A stretch of 63,820 nucleotides of DNA, filler included, from Myxococcota bacterium (GTDB taxonomy: Bacteria > Myxococcota_C > UBA6777), in assembly GCA_023150835.1 (NCBI GenBank). It is 4 parts of 4 records of this genome, joined end to end, with 100 filler letters (N's around TTAATTAATTAA, not from the genome) between each part and the next. Parts side by side here need not be neighbours in the genome. Positions count along the whole stretch, not along the records: positions 37,787 to 56,144 come from JAKLKB010000136.1; positions 56,245 to 63,820 come from JAKLKB010000195.1; 2 more parts are not named here. One strand, given 5' to 3'. A program made the position numbers and the translations under genes. The notes under the pieces were generated by a model. The model was not told where the DNA came from, ran no database searches, and saw only the letters and a program-made list of their open reading frames with translations. Positions 49,691 to 61,077 of this stretch are shown here, piece after piece. The number at the start of each line of letters is the position of its first letter. Position 1 is the stretch's first letter.

Positions 49691-50126
49691 TTTCCTCCGC
49701 TTCACCTAACGCCTATGGGGCAACGCCCCATCTCTCTCCTCGTGAATCCGCCCTCTCTTGCGAAAAAACGCGGCAACAACCCTTGGCGTCTCGTTTTTTT
49801 GAACGGGCATAAAAAAATTTTGAAATACAATTTGACATTTAAACCAAAGACCCATAAAAAAGGGCCTCAACCAAGTGACAGCCCATCGCTCAAGTGAGAT
49901 CACTTTCTCCTCTTCGCGCTGAACTTCTTGATCGAGACCCTGTAGATGCGACCCGCGCCTGTGAATACGCCCAACCCATTCTTGTGCCACTTCACACGCT
50001 CGCTCGACTTCGCACGCTTACGGCCCTGAAACGCTCGCTGTTCATTTTCTCTTCCATGCTCGCGTTCCCCGTTCGCACAAAGCTCAAGTTGATACAGCAA
50101 ATGTACACACGCAAGTTCCCCGCTGA

Positions 50127-51683
<1,557 letters not shown>

Positions 51684-51719
51684 TCCCCACCCTGATCGCC
51701 CCACACAACGGAGGCTTTT

Positions 51720-52748
51720 GTGAACGCGCAACCCCCCATCATCGAAATCCAACACCTCAGCAAAGAGTTTCGCATCGGCTTCTTTCGCAAACGCGTCCGC
51801 GCTGTACGTGACCTTTCTCTCACCGTCCATCAAGGCGAGATCTTCGGATTCCTCGGCCCCAACGGCGCAGGAAAAACCACCACCATCAAGATGCTGATGG
51901 GCCTGATCTACCCTTCCCAAGGTCAAGCCAAGCTCTTTGGCATACCCTCCGATGATCTGCGTGCCAAAGCTCGCCTCGGCTTTCTTCCCGAACATCCCTA
52001 CTTCTACGACTACCTCACAGGACTCGAATTCCTCAATTTCTATGCCCGACTATTCGGGATTTCCAGTTCTATCCGTAGCGTTCGTGTCGAGCGACTCATC
52101 GAACAAGTCGGCCTCTCTCACGCCCGAAAACTTCCCCTGCGCAAATACTCCAAAGGCATGATCCAACGCATCGGCATCGCACAAGCCCTGATCAATGACC
52201 CCGATCTCGTGATCCTCGATGAACCCATGAGTGGACTCGATCCGATCGGGCGAAAAGATGTCCGCGATATCATCTTTCGCCTCCGTGACAGCGGAAAAAC
52301 CGTCTTCTTTTCCTCCCACATCCTCCAAGACGTCGAGATGCTCTGCGATCGCGTCGCCATCCTCACCAAAGGACAACTCCGCAAACTCGGCACCCTTCAC
52401 GACCTTCTCGCCGAACTCAGCGGACTCAAAACCGAGATCACCTTCTCCGGACTTTCCACCCTCGATCTCGAACAACTTCAACGACTCGCCGATCGCATCG
52501 TCGTCCCCGGACCCCGCGCTACGCTCGTCTTCCCCAACGAACGCCTCGACGAAGCCGTCCGCTTGCTCCTCCAAAAAGGCGGCAAACTCGAATCCATGAT
52601 CCCTCTCAAAGGCACCCTCGAAGACCTCTTCGTCCAACAAGTCCACGCCACTCAAGACGAACCCTCCCCACTCCAAGACGAATCCTCCGCCTCACCGCCG
52701 CTACCCGAAAACACTCAGCCCCCACAGGAGACCTCCCGCGATGCATAA
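51720..52748 (+). CDS. ABC transporter ATP-binding protein (PilH-like)
   Basis: GPNGAGKTT, YSKGM, LDEP, SSH motifs. Confidence 0.9.
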   Translation: MNAQPPIIEIQHLSKEFRIGFFRKRVRAVRDLSLTVHQGEIFGFLGPNGAGKTTTIKMLMGLIYPSQGQAKLFGIPSDDLRAKARLGFLPEHPYFYDYLTGLEFLNFYARLFGISSSIRSVRVERLIEQVGLSHARKLPLRKYSKGMIQRIGIAQALINDPDLVILDEPMSGLDPIGRKDVRDIIFRLRDSGKTVFFSSHILQDVEMLCDRVAILTKGQLRKLGTLHDLLAELSGLKTEITFSGLSTLDLEQLQRLADRIVVPGPRATLVFPNERLDEAVRLLLQKGGKLESMIPLKGTLEDLFVQQVHATQDEPSPLQDESSASPPLPENTQPPQETSRDA

Positions 52749-53505
52749 ACTCCTTGTCATCGCCCAAAACACCTTCCGCGAAGCCATCCGCGACAAGATC
52801 CTTTACTCCATCTTCTTCTTTGCTTTCTTGCTCTTGCTCGCCTCCCTCGCGCTCGGTGAACTCTCCCTTGGGCATCACATCAAAGTCACCAAAGACCTCG
52901 GACTCAGCGCCATCTCTTTCTTCGGCATCCTGATCGCCATCTTTACGGGCGTCAGCCTCGTCCACAAAGAAATCGACAAACGCACCCTCTACACCCTCCT
53001 CTCCAAACCGATCTATCGCTCCCAATTCGTCCTCGGAAAATATTTCGGGATGCTTTTGACTGCATTGACTCAGCTTGCCCTTCTCACTGCCTTGTTCTCT
53101 TTGCTTGTTCTCTACCAACAAAAATACATCGAATCTGCTCTTTTCCAAGCCATCCTTCTCTATTGGATGGAAATTATGCTGGTCACCAGCATCGCTCTTT
53201 TCTTCTCCTCTTTTACCACTCCCTTCTTTAGCGGTGTCTTTACCTTTTCCATCTTTGTCATCGGGCGGCTCATGCCCGAGATCGAGATCCTCCTCAAACG
53301 CACCACCAACCCCCTGATCTGGCTCCTGCTCAAGATCAGCACCTTTCTCCCCAACCTCGATTACCTCAATATCGGACAGCGTGTCGTCCACCAAGAAAGT
53401 ATCCCCTTCGACTATATGCTCTCTTCCGTGACCTACACCACGCTTTACATCGTCCTCTTTCTCTTCTTCGGAAGCCTACTCTTTTCCCGCAGAGACTTCA
53501 TTTAA
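52741..53505 (+). CDS. ABC-2 type permease (PilI-like)
   Basis: IAQNTFREAIRDKILY, EIDKRTLYTLLSKPI.R..FVLGKY, ends FSRRDF. Confidence 0.88.
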   Translation: MHKLLVIAQNTFREAIRDKILYSIFFFAFLLLLASLALGELSLGHHIKVTKDLGLSAISFFGILIAIFTGVSLVHKEIDKRTLYTLLSKPIYRSQFVLGKYFGMLLTALTQLALLTALFSLLVLYQQKYIESALFQAILLYWMEIMLVTSIALFFSSFTTPFFSGVFTFSIFVIGRLMPEIEILLKRTTNPLIWLLLKISTFLPNLDYLNIGQRVVHQESIPFDYMLSSVTYTTLYIVLFLFFGSLLFSRRDFI

Positions 53506-53570
53506 TCTCGGAGATTTTCGCCGCTTTCCCCAAAGCCGACCGCACCCCACTCCCAAGCAGGCAAGGCAAC

Positions 53571-54218
53571 TTGATGACGATGCGCCCGCACCAACGCTTC
53601 TTGACTTTCCTCTTGCTGCTTGGCTGCTTTGTCCTCACTTCTCTCTACCTCAAAGGCTACCTCAGCGCACGCTCCGCTTTCTATCGCGCTGAATCCGCCC
53701 TCCAAAAAAAAGCCCTCCGCCCTGCCATCCGCTCCTACGGACACGCCATCCGATGGTACACCCCCGGCTCTCGCTATGTCGAACGCTCCATACACCGACT
53801 CTTGCGCCTCGCCGAGATCTCTTTTGACAAAGGTGACTGGGAACTCTCCCTCTTCGCCTACCAACACCTCTACAACGCCCTCTCCGCCATCCGTGGACTC
53901 TTCCAGCCCTTCCCCGCCGAAACTGCCCTCTGCCGCAACAAACTCGCCATCCTCCTCGCTCTCCTCCCTTCTCCCAACACCCCTTCGCCCGCCGAACGCA
54001 AAGCCCTCCACCAACAACTCCGCCTTCTCCTCCAACACACCCACGAACCCAACACCCTCCTCTCTGCCCTCTCCCTCTTCTTTTTCTGTTCCTTCTTCAC
54101 CACGATCATCGTCGCTCTATGGCAAGGCCCTCTCTTGCAACCCAAACAACAAGCTCTCCTCGCCTTGATGGCCCTACAATCCGCCCTCTTCTGGCTGCTC
54201 TTCTTGCGCCTCGCCTAA
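53571..54218 (+). CDS. Hypothetical membrane protein
   Basis: N-terminal TM, helical middle (AIRWYTPGS), two C-terminal TMs; co-oriented in the operon. Confidence 0.65.
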   Translation: MMTMRPHQRFLTFLLLLGCFVLTSLYLKGYLSARSAFYRAESALQKKALRPAIRSYGHAIRWYTPGSRYVERSIHRLLRLAEISFDKGDWELSLFAYQHLYNALSAIRGLFQPFPAETALCRNKLAILLALLPSPNTPSPAERKALHQQLRLLLQHTHEPNTLLSALSLFFFCSFFTTIIVALWQGPLLQPKQQALLALMALQSALFWLLFLRLA

Positions 54219-54241
54219 ACCGCGAACACGAGGACTCTTCC

Positions 54242-55720
54242 ATGCTCTTTCACCCCCAAAAAAATAACCCGCACACCCCTCCCACTCCACAAGAACCCCC
54301 TTGGAAGCGTTCTTTGCGCCGCTTCATGAATCACACCATCACCGATATCGTCGTTATCATCCTGATCCTTTCCTCCATCGCCCTACTGCTTGCAGAGATC
54401 CTCTTCCCCCAACGCCCTGACATCCTCGAAGTCTTCAACATCGCCCTCACGATCTTTTTCTCCATCGAATTGTTTTTGCGCTTCCTCGCCGAACGCAAAA
54501 CCTCTGTGTTCTTCCGCCGCTATTGGCTCGATATCATCGCCGTCCTCGCACCGTACTTCCGATCCCTTCGGATACTCCGCGTCCTCCGACTCTTGCGCAT
54601 TTTCCGCCTCGGAAAACTACTCAACCGCCGCTTCTCTGGCATCCAGTCTTGGGTCGCTTTCGGTCTGCGACAGCAGTTCTGGCTTATCCTCATCATCGTC
54701 ACCCTTGTCATCGCGGGTGCCGTCACCTTTCACCTCGCCGAACCCCAAAATCCCAAAGTCAAGACCCTCCAAGACGCCGTCTGGTGGAGCTTGTTTTCCC
54801 TCGTCGGCGGAGAACCCCTCACGGGAGAACCCGCCGAATCCTTCAGCGGTCGCCTGATCTCCCTTATCATCGTCACCTCCGGCGTTATCACTTTTGCCGC
54901 CGTCACGGGCATCATCACGGCCATCATGATCAACCGTCTCAAACCCCAAATGGAGCGAGGAGATATGGACCTCGAAGACCTCGAACACCACATCGTTATC
55001 TGCGGCTGGAGCCGCTCCGCAAACCTCTTGATCGCTGCTCTCCAAAATAGCGAAGAATATTGGGACAAAGGTATCGTACTCATCGCCGAATTTGGCGAAG
55101 GTGAACCCGAAAATCTCCTCGACAAGGCCAAGATCCTACCCTCCACCCTCTACGTCATCAAAGGCGACTTTACCCGCCTTGAGATCCTCGAACGCGCCGG
55201 CATCCGCCGCGCCAACGAAGCCATCGTCCTCGCCGATCAGATCCGCGAACGCTCCGACCAAGACCGCGACGCACGCACCGTCCTCGCCGCCATGCTCATC
55301 GAAAAACAAAATCCCACCATCTTTACCTGTGTCGAACTCCTCAACCGCGATAACGCCGCACACCTCCAAATGATGGGCGTCGAAGAGATCCTTGTCACCG
55401 ACGAATACGCCGGAACCATCCTCGCCAACGCCCAACGCACCCGTGGCATCATCACCATGCTCAACGAACTCTTCGACCCCACCCGCGGAAACCAATTCTA
55501 CAAAGTCCCTCTCCCCACCGTCTGGGCCGACAAAACCATCTCCTACATCTTCGAGGCTCTCAAACGCCAATACGACGCCATACTCGTCTCCATCGAAACC
55601 ACCGCTCCATCCGGCGAACCACAACTCAAAGTCAACCCTCCCAACCACCTGATCGCCCGCAACGGCGACAAACTCGTCATCATCGCACAACGACGCATCG
55701 ACTTCCGAGACGCCTTTTGA
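54242..55720 (+). CDS. 6-TM voltage-gated-type ion channel with C-terminal RCK/TrkA domains
   Basis: S4 RSLRILRVLRLLRIFR; pore helix DAVWWS; HIVICGW, GDFT..LERAGI, DARTVL RCK motifs. Confidence 0.85.
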   Translation: MLFHPQKNNPHTPPTPQEPPWKRSLRRFMNHTITDIVVIILILSSIALLLAEILFPQRPDILEVFNIALTIFFSIELFLRFLAERKTSVFFRRYWLDIIAVLAPYFRSLRILRVLRLLRIFRLGKLLNRRFSGIQSWVAFGLRQQFWLILIIVTLVIAGAVTFHLAEPQNPKVKTLQDAVWWSLFSLVGGEPLTGEPAESFSGRLISLIIVTSGVITFAAVTGIITAIMINRLKPQMERGDMDLEDLEHHIVICGWSRSANLLIAALQNSEEYWDKGIVLIAEFGEGEPENLLDKAKILPSTLYVIKGDFTRLEILERAGIRRANEAIVLADQIRERSDQDRDARTVLAAMLIEKQNPTIFTCVELLNRDNAAHLQMMGVEEILVTDEYAGTILANAQRTRGIITMLNELFDPTRGNQFYKVPLPTVWADKTISYIFEALKRQYDAILVSIETTAPSGEPQLKVNPPNHLIARNGDKLVIIAQRRIDFRDAF

Positions 55721-56144
55721 TATCGATGCCCCCCCCAAATAAATTCACTCGTCCTTCCACACGCCCATCCATCCGCCCCTTTCGATCCTCTAACAGCCTC
55801 CCATTCCCCTCTGCTCACCCACGCACACAACCTAAACCGCGATCTCTTGAGATCGCTACCCTTCTCCCTCCCTCGCGGCCTAACGTTGTGTTGTTTCAAC
55901 GTAAAACAAAGAAACGTTCATTGTGAGATCACCGAATCCGACCTCAAACGCAAGCAGATCTGAACGAGGCATTTATGCGACTTTTCCAATCCATCCTTCT
56001 TGCCTAAGTCAGTATCGCTTGATTTTTGTAACTTTGGTGCTTGAGCAGCAAGGTTCTTCGGGGTCCGTTCAAACCAACGCCATGAGAGAGGTATCAAGAT
56101 GCAACACATTTCAGCCAGGGCAACCACAGGGGGTTGCCCCTACG

Positions 56145-56244
56145 NNNNNNNNNNNNNNNNNNNNNNNNNNNNNNNNNNNNNNNNNNNNTTAATTAATTAA
56201 NNNNNNNNNNNNNNNNNNNNNNNNNNNNNNNNNNNNNNNNNNNN
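56145..56244. other. Artificial contig linker
   Basis: N-run with TTAATTAATTAA. Confidence 0.98.
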
Positions 56245-56331
56245 CGCCGAAAGCTCTAGCTCTTTTACGATGTCTGCGGGGATTCTCAGCGCCAAACTGT
56301 TGCCCCATACCGAGATGGATGCTTTGCGCAT
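56245..56331 (-). CDS. AbrB/MazE/SpoVT family antitoxin (3'-truncated by contig edge)
   Basis: MRKASISVWGNSLALRIPADIVKELEL; WGNS..LRIP signature; AGGAGG upstream. Confidence 0.85.
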
Positions 56332-56372
56332 ACGATGCCTCCTTTCCATTTCTTCTTGCTGCTCACAAAACG

Positions 56373-56471
56373 GCAGAGAAGAACATATATATACATCGTA
56401 TATAAGTCTCGTCACACACGGCGTATTGTCTCAGCTTTATGCAGAGAAGAACATATATATACATCGTATAT
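56373..56471. promoter_or_regulatory. Duplicated 31-bp unit containing the palindrome ATATAC-ATC-GTATAT; probable antitoxin operator/promoter
   Basis: GCAGAGAAGAACATATATATACATCGTATAT at 56373-56403 and 56441-56471, directly upstream of the antitoxin. Confidence 0.6.
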
Positions 56472-56567
56472 CCGTTCAAAGTTCTGGCGTCAAACACTTT
56501 GTCCGGTACAAATGAATGAAATATGCTACGTCGCCTCGCTTCTTCTTCGCGACTTTTTCAACAAGTT

Positions 56568-57362
56568 TTAGGCACTTTCAAACGGGTGTCGGCTCGGCAA
56601 GTACGTTGTGCAAAATCTGCTGGTAATGTCCCACAGATCCGAAGTTAACAACGCCTTCACTTTTTCTTGGATGGTTTGCGGCACACCGCCGTAAAAGGCT
56701 TCTGCGATGCTTCCCGCGATGCAAGCCAGCGTATCGCTATCGCCTCCGAGAGAGACCGCGTTTCGGACGGCGTCTTCGTACGAATCGGAATCTAGAAACG
56801 CGATGATCGCTTCAGGAACCGTACCTTGGCAGGAGACGTCGAAAGAGTACGTCGGTCGGATCTCTTCGGTGGTGCGGCCCAGATCATAGTGAAATTGGCT
56901 GGATATCTGCGAACGGATGGATTCTTTGCTTTGGCCGGTCCTTGCGAGGAAAATAGCAAGAGCCGTAGCCTGTGCCCCTTTGATGCCTTCTGGATGGTTG
57001 TGCGTGATCTCTGCGGTTGCTTTCGCTTGAGCCAACACTTCTTCTTCGGTGGAAAAAGCGAAGGCAACGGGACTGACCCGCATCGCAGAGCCGTTGCCCC
57101 AACTGTTGTAAGGTCCGGCATTTTCAACGCGAAGCCACCGAATAAACGTGCCACCATAACCAGCATTCGGATAGCGTCTACCGATCTCTCGCACAGAATC
57201 GACATAAGGTTTTCCACCAAGTATGGCATCTGCGATCGCGACCGTCAAAACCGTATCATCCGTGAAACGGCACGATGGATGGAAGAGAGGAAATGTTTTC
57301 GTCTTCATCGGACGGCGCTCGTACACAGATCCAATGATATCACCTGCGATGGCTCCGATCAT
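56568..57362 (-). CDS. ADP-ribosylglycohydrolase (DraG/ARH family)
   Basis: GAIAGDIIGS, FTDDT, SWGNGSAMRVSP, THNH, GGDSDTLACIAGSIAEA. Confidence 0.93.
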   Translation of the reverse strand: MIGAIAGDIIGSVYERRPMKTKTFPLFHPSCRFTDDTVLTVAIADAILGGKPYVDSVREIGRRYPNAGYGGTFIRWLRVENAGPYNSWGNGSAMRVSPVAFAFSTEEEVLAQAKATAEITHNHPEGIKGAQATALAIFLARTGQSKESIRSQISSQFHYDLGRTTEEIRPTYSFDVSCQGTVPEAIIAFLDSDSYEDAVRNAVSLGGDSDTLACIAGSIAEAFYGGVPQTIQEKVKALLTSDLWDITSRFCTTYLPSRHPFESA

Positions 57363-57703
57363 CTTGTGTATCCTCTGTGCTAAAGATTTATTCTGAGACA
57401 GATCAAGGGCTTGTTTGCTATAGCAACTCGTACAATTTTGTAAGTGCGAGAGCGGCTTGCGTTGCTGTTTCTTTCAGTTTATCAAGAGCATTCCAAAACA
57501 TCTCGACTCCTTATTCAGGCCACTCCGTGTGTTGAAAGCGATCCGGCGGGAAACATATCGGCACCGTCTGACTTGTACAATGGGAACCATGTTCCGCACA
57601 AGTACCAAAACAGCAAGACACTGTTTTTTGTTTGACAGAAGAATCCTTCTCGTGATAGCATCAAAAACGCTTGATACAATCAATCATACGTTGGAGAGAC
57701 ATC

Positions 57704-59170
57704 ATGAGGAATTCAAGCGTTTTCTGGTTTTTCTTCGCGCTTACTGTGCTGTATTCTAGCTCTTGCGTCATCATCGAATCACCCAAATGCTTACAAGATA
57801 AAGACTGTAAAGCAAACGAGACTTGTCAGAACTCAGTGTGTAAATCGAAATTTACGCCTTGTGCGGGTGATCGCGATTGTAAAAATGGCGAATACTGCGA
57901 GAAAAAGCTTTTGATCTGCGTTGAGACCCCCAAATGCACAGACAACAAAGGCTGCAAAAACGGAGAGATCTGTCAAAGTGGAACATGCACATCGGGACCT
58001 CAATGCACAAACAACAAAGACTGTAAGATCGCAGAGATCTGCCAAAACGGAGCATGTGTGGCCGATCCAAAATGTTTGCAAGAAGAGGTCTGCAACGGGT
58101 TGGACGACAACTGCAACGGTGCCGTGGATGAAAATATCGCCGCTCGAAATTGTTATACTGGGCCAGAATCTTCTCGCGGAAAAGGCGAATGTAAAGAAGG
58201 TAGACAGCTTTGCGTAAATGGCTCTTGGGCTTCTTGCCAAAACGAGACCGTCCCAAAAGAAGAAACCTGTAATCAAAAAGACGATGACTGCGATGGCTCC
58301 ATCGATAATCTCGCCACGATCGGAAAAGAATGCGATTCTGGAGAAAAAGGAGAATGCGCCAAAGGCAAGCTGGAGTGCAAAGAAGGCCAATTAAAATGCA
58401 CACCACAAACAGCATCTTCCGCTGAGGTTTGCGATGGGAAAGACAATGATTGCAATGGTTTCATCGACGATTCAGCGGCTTGCTGCTCCTCTGGAAAAAT
58501 GCTCGAATTAAAGGGAACCTCTTCTTACGTTTTCGTGGATCAAGCCAAACAAAACATCCAAATACAAAACCAATTCACGATGGAAAGCTGGGTATTCATC
58601 AACGAAACTCCACCCTTTCCCGGCAATCCCAAAGTGTTCAGCCTTGGACTGCCCGGTTCGACTTATGAGCATACTGTGTTGCATTTTTGCACAAACGCTT
58701 GCAAAGGCAAAGACAAGCCAAACGCACGTATGGTCGTGGCTGCCCCCGGAGAAATCATCTTCGATTCCCCAGAACAATCGCCGCTCAAAGTTTGGCTCCA
58801 TCTGGCATTTTCATACGATGGCAAAACAGGGAACCTCTATATCAACGGCGCTCTGAAAAAAAGCCTCCCCATCAGCGCACCTGTGAAAACAGATCCAAGA
58901 CAACAAATGTACATCGGAAGAGGCGGCGGAGGCGAAGTGGATCGCTTTCTTGGGTACGTAGATGAAGTACGACTTTGGGACTATGCAAGATCTGAACAGC
59001 AGATTAAAGAAAATATGAAAAATAAATTAAATCCTCAAGAAAAAGGATTGATTGGCTATTGGAATTTTGACGATGGGACAGCAAAAGATCTTTCGACCAA
59101 ACAAAACAACGGCGAATTAAAAGGAGAGGCAGCGATCATCCCAGTCAAAAAGCCCACATGGTGCGACTAA
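57704..59170 (+). CDS. Cys-rich lipoprotein with CNGLDDNC.G repeats and C-terminal LamG-like domain
   Basis: Lipobox-like SSSC; EVCNGLDDNCNG..DE repeats; WLHLAFSYDG..LYING, GYVDEVRLW, LIGYWNFD. Confidence 0.82.
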   Translation: MRNSSVFWFFFALTVLYSSSCVIIESPKCLQDKDCKANETCQNSVCKSKFTPCAGDRDCKNGEYCEKKLLICVETPKCTDNKGCKNGEICQSGTCTSGPQCTNNKDCKIAEICQNGACVADPKCLQEEVCNGLDDNCNGAVDENIAARNCYTGPESSRGKGECKEGRQLCVNGSWASCQNETVPKEETCNQKDDDCDGSIDNLATIGKECDSGEKGECAKGKLECKEGQLKCTPQTASSAEVCDGKDNDCNGFIDDSAACCSSGKMLELKGTSSYVFVDQAKQNIQIQNQFTMESWVFINETPPFPGNPKVFSLGLPGSTYEHTVLHFCTNACKGKDKPNARMVVAAPGEIIFDSPEQSPLKVWLHLAFSYDGKTGNLYINGALKKSLPISAPVKTDPRQQMYIGRGGGGEVDRFLGYVDEVRLWDYARSEQQIKENMKNKLNPQEKGLIGYWNFDDGTAKDLSTKQNNGELKGEAAIIPVKKPTWCD

Positions 59171-59289
59171 CACTCTCCTCCAAGAATCGGCGATAAGAAC
59201 ACTGTTTCCTGTGTCACAAAGCCTTCGTGGGGCGACTAGCAGAGACAACAAGCCCGTCCGTCAAATCTTGTAGAACCCACGAAGCGCAC

Positions 59290-59410
59290 AAAAAACCCGT
59301 GTTCGTGCCGTTTCAAGCGAGAGAGTTATTGGTGTAAAAAACGATGATCTTTTCGCCAACACGGGGTCAAGGGGCTATAGCCCCTTGCGGGGTGTGGGGT
59401 GGCACCCCAC
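59290..59410 (+). repeat. Copy of ~120-bp double-hairpin element
   Basis: AAAAACCCGTGTTCG...ACACGGGGTCAAGGGGCTATAGCCCCTTGCGGGGTGTGGGGTGGCACCCCAC. Confidence 0.7.
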
Positions 59411-59441
59411 AAAACGATCGAACTGTGTCTATCCTCGAATC

Positions 59442-60611
59442 TTACGCGCAACGCGCCTCAAGCCAGCGCAAGATTCGAGGATAGACTTCTTCGTGGGCGT
59501 GTTTTGCGAAGATCAGTCCGTTGTGGCAATAATCCAATCGCGCCCCAAAAGATCGCCCCATCACATGAAATTCTTTGCAAGAAGAGCCGATCTTCTCGTA
59601 GCCAAGGCGCACTTGTGCAGGAGGGGCCAAGGTGTCGCCTTCCCCCGCGATACAACACAGCGGCACCCGAACCTTGGCGAGCTCCGCGAGATAATCGATC
59701 TTTCCATCCGCCGACAAAAAGCGGCCCGAACGCAACATCTCTAAAAAAACAGCCGTGATCCGTTCATTGAAGTCTTCGGTCATCACAAACAAGCCGCGCC
59801 GAAACACATACGGCTCGATATTTGGGGGATAACTGAAGCCCAGATGGATCGGTAGATAAGGGATCAACATCGCCCCGCCACGCGTCAGCCAACGCAATGG
59901 AAAAACCGCACAAACCGCAAAGATCAACGGAGCCACCCATGCGATCAGTCGATTCGAGAGGCTCGGTGGTAACCCCGCAGGGGAGCCCAAACAGCACAAC
60001 GAGGCGACGCGTGTTTCTTCGGGATGAAGGCCCAAATAAGCATACATCACCAACCCGCCCATCGAATGCCCCACCCAATGCACTACATCAACCCCCGATT
60101 CTCTCGTAATATGCGCCAAGATCGCAGGGACATCTCGGCTCGCATGATCATCAAAACTCCACAGCGGATCGCTCGGCCCCCCCTCCGCCACAGAACGCGC
60201 ACGACTCTCCCCGTACCCCCGCAGATCCACATTCCACACCTCAAAACCATGCCGACAGAAAAATTCGACAAGGCTCGCTCCCGTGATCAGGTCCATATTG
60301 CCCCGGTTGGCATTGAATCCGTGGCACGTCACCACCACCGCACGGCGAAGCCCCTCCGCAGGATGTCGCGCCACCGCCAACGACCACCCGCCTTCCAACA
60401 CGATCCGATCCACTCGCGGAGCCTGCCGCGCTTCGCCCAACCGACGCCCCCCAACCCAAGTAGAAACCATCCACACGATCTCAAAAATACCCAATACTCC
60501 GACAAAGATCAAAAGACTCGTCCAAGACCACCACGCCCACAACAGCACCATCCCCACAAAGGCCAACCATAAAACGACCCGATGAACTCGAATCCGCCGA
60601 TCCTTCGGCAT
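59442..60611 (-). CDS. Membrane-anchored alpha/beta fold hydrolase (lipase/esterase-like)
   Basis: HGF oxyanion region, DLRGYG, nucleophile GHSMGG, GEGDTL, YCH; N-terminal TMs. Confidence 0.85.
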   Translation of the reverse strand: MPKDRRIRVHRVVLWLAFVGMVLLWAWWSWTSLLIFVGVLGIFEIVWMVSTWVGGRRLGEARQAPRVDRIVLEGGWSLAVARHPAEGLRRAVVVTCHGFNANRGNMDLITGASLVEFFCRHGFEVWNVDLRGYGESRARSVAEGGPSDPLWSFDDHASRDVPAILAHITRESGVDVVHWVGHSMGGLVMYAYLGLHPEETRVASLCCLGSPAGLPPSLSNRLIAWVAPLIFAVCAVFPLRWLTRGGAMLIPYLPIHLGFSYPPNIEPYVFRRGLFVMTEDFNERITAVFLEMLRSGRFLSADGKIDYLAELAKVRVPLCCIAGEGDTLAPPAQVRLGYEKIGSSCKEFHVMGRSFGARLDYCHNGLIFAKHAHEEVYPRILRWLEARCA

Positions 60612-60858
60612 CCAAACCTCCTCGTCTCACCGCTCATCCGCATCTAAGCCACGCACCCACGTCTAAGCCACGCACGATCAGGCTTAAGCGCAGACACTTG
60701 ATGCGCTCGATCAAGCCCATCGCCGCCCAAAGATGAACATCCCCCCTCACAACGCAAGCCACACACCCCAGAGATGACAAAACACAGACAAAGATGTGAC
60801 ACGGCAAACGATGGCTGGGTCTTTCTATCTGATCGGAGTGACTTGTTGAATTCATTTC

Positions 60859-60979
60859 GTGGGGCGTTGCCCCACACCCCACAAGGGACTTTCGCCCCTT
60901 GACCCCGTATCGGCGAAGAGAGCGTCGCTTTTCACACCAACGACTCTCTCGCTTGCAAAAGCACGAACTCGGGGTTTTT
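60859..60979 (-). repeat. Copy of ~120-bp double-hairpin element
   Basis: GTGGGGCGTTGCCCCACACCCCACAAGGGACTTTCGCCCCTTGACCCCGTATCGGCG...CGGGGTTTTT. Confidence 0.7.
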
Positions 60980-61077
60980 CGCGACAAGTCGCTGCTCTTC
61001 GAGAGAACACAACACTTCGACCCGCAACGTGACACCGCAAGCAACGGCCTTGCACAAAACAGAAAAGGAGCCTCGCC

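Noticed and set aside
56373-56471. CRISPR-like geometry (31-bp repeat, 37-bp spacer); likewise 10306-10411
   Set aside because: Only two repeats, no cas genes or leader; operator duplication or local duplication is simpler
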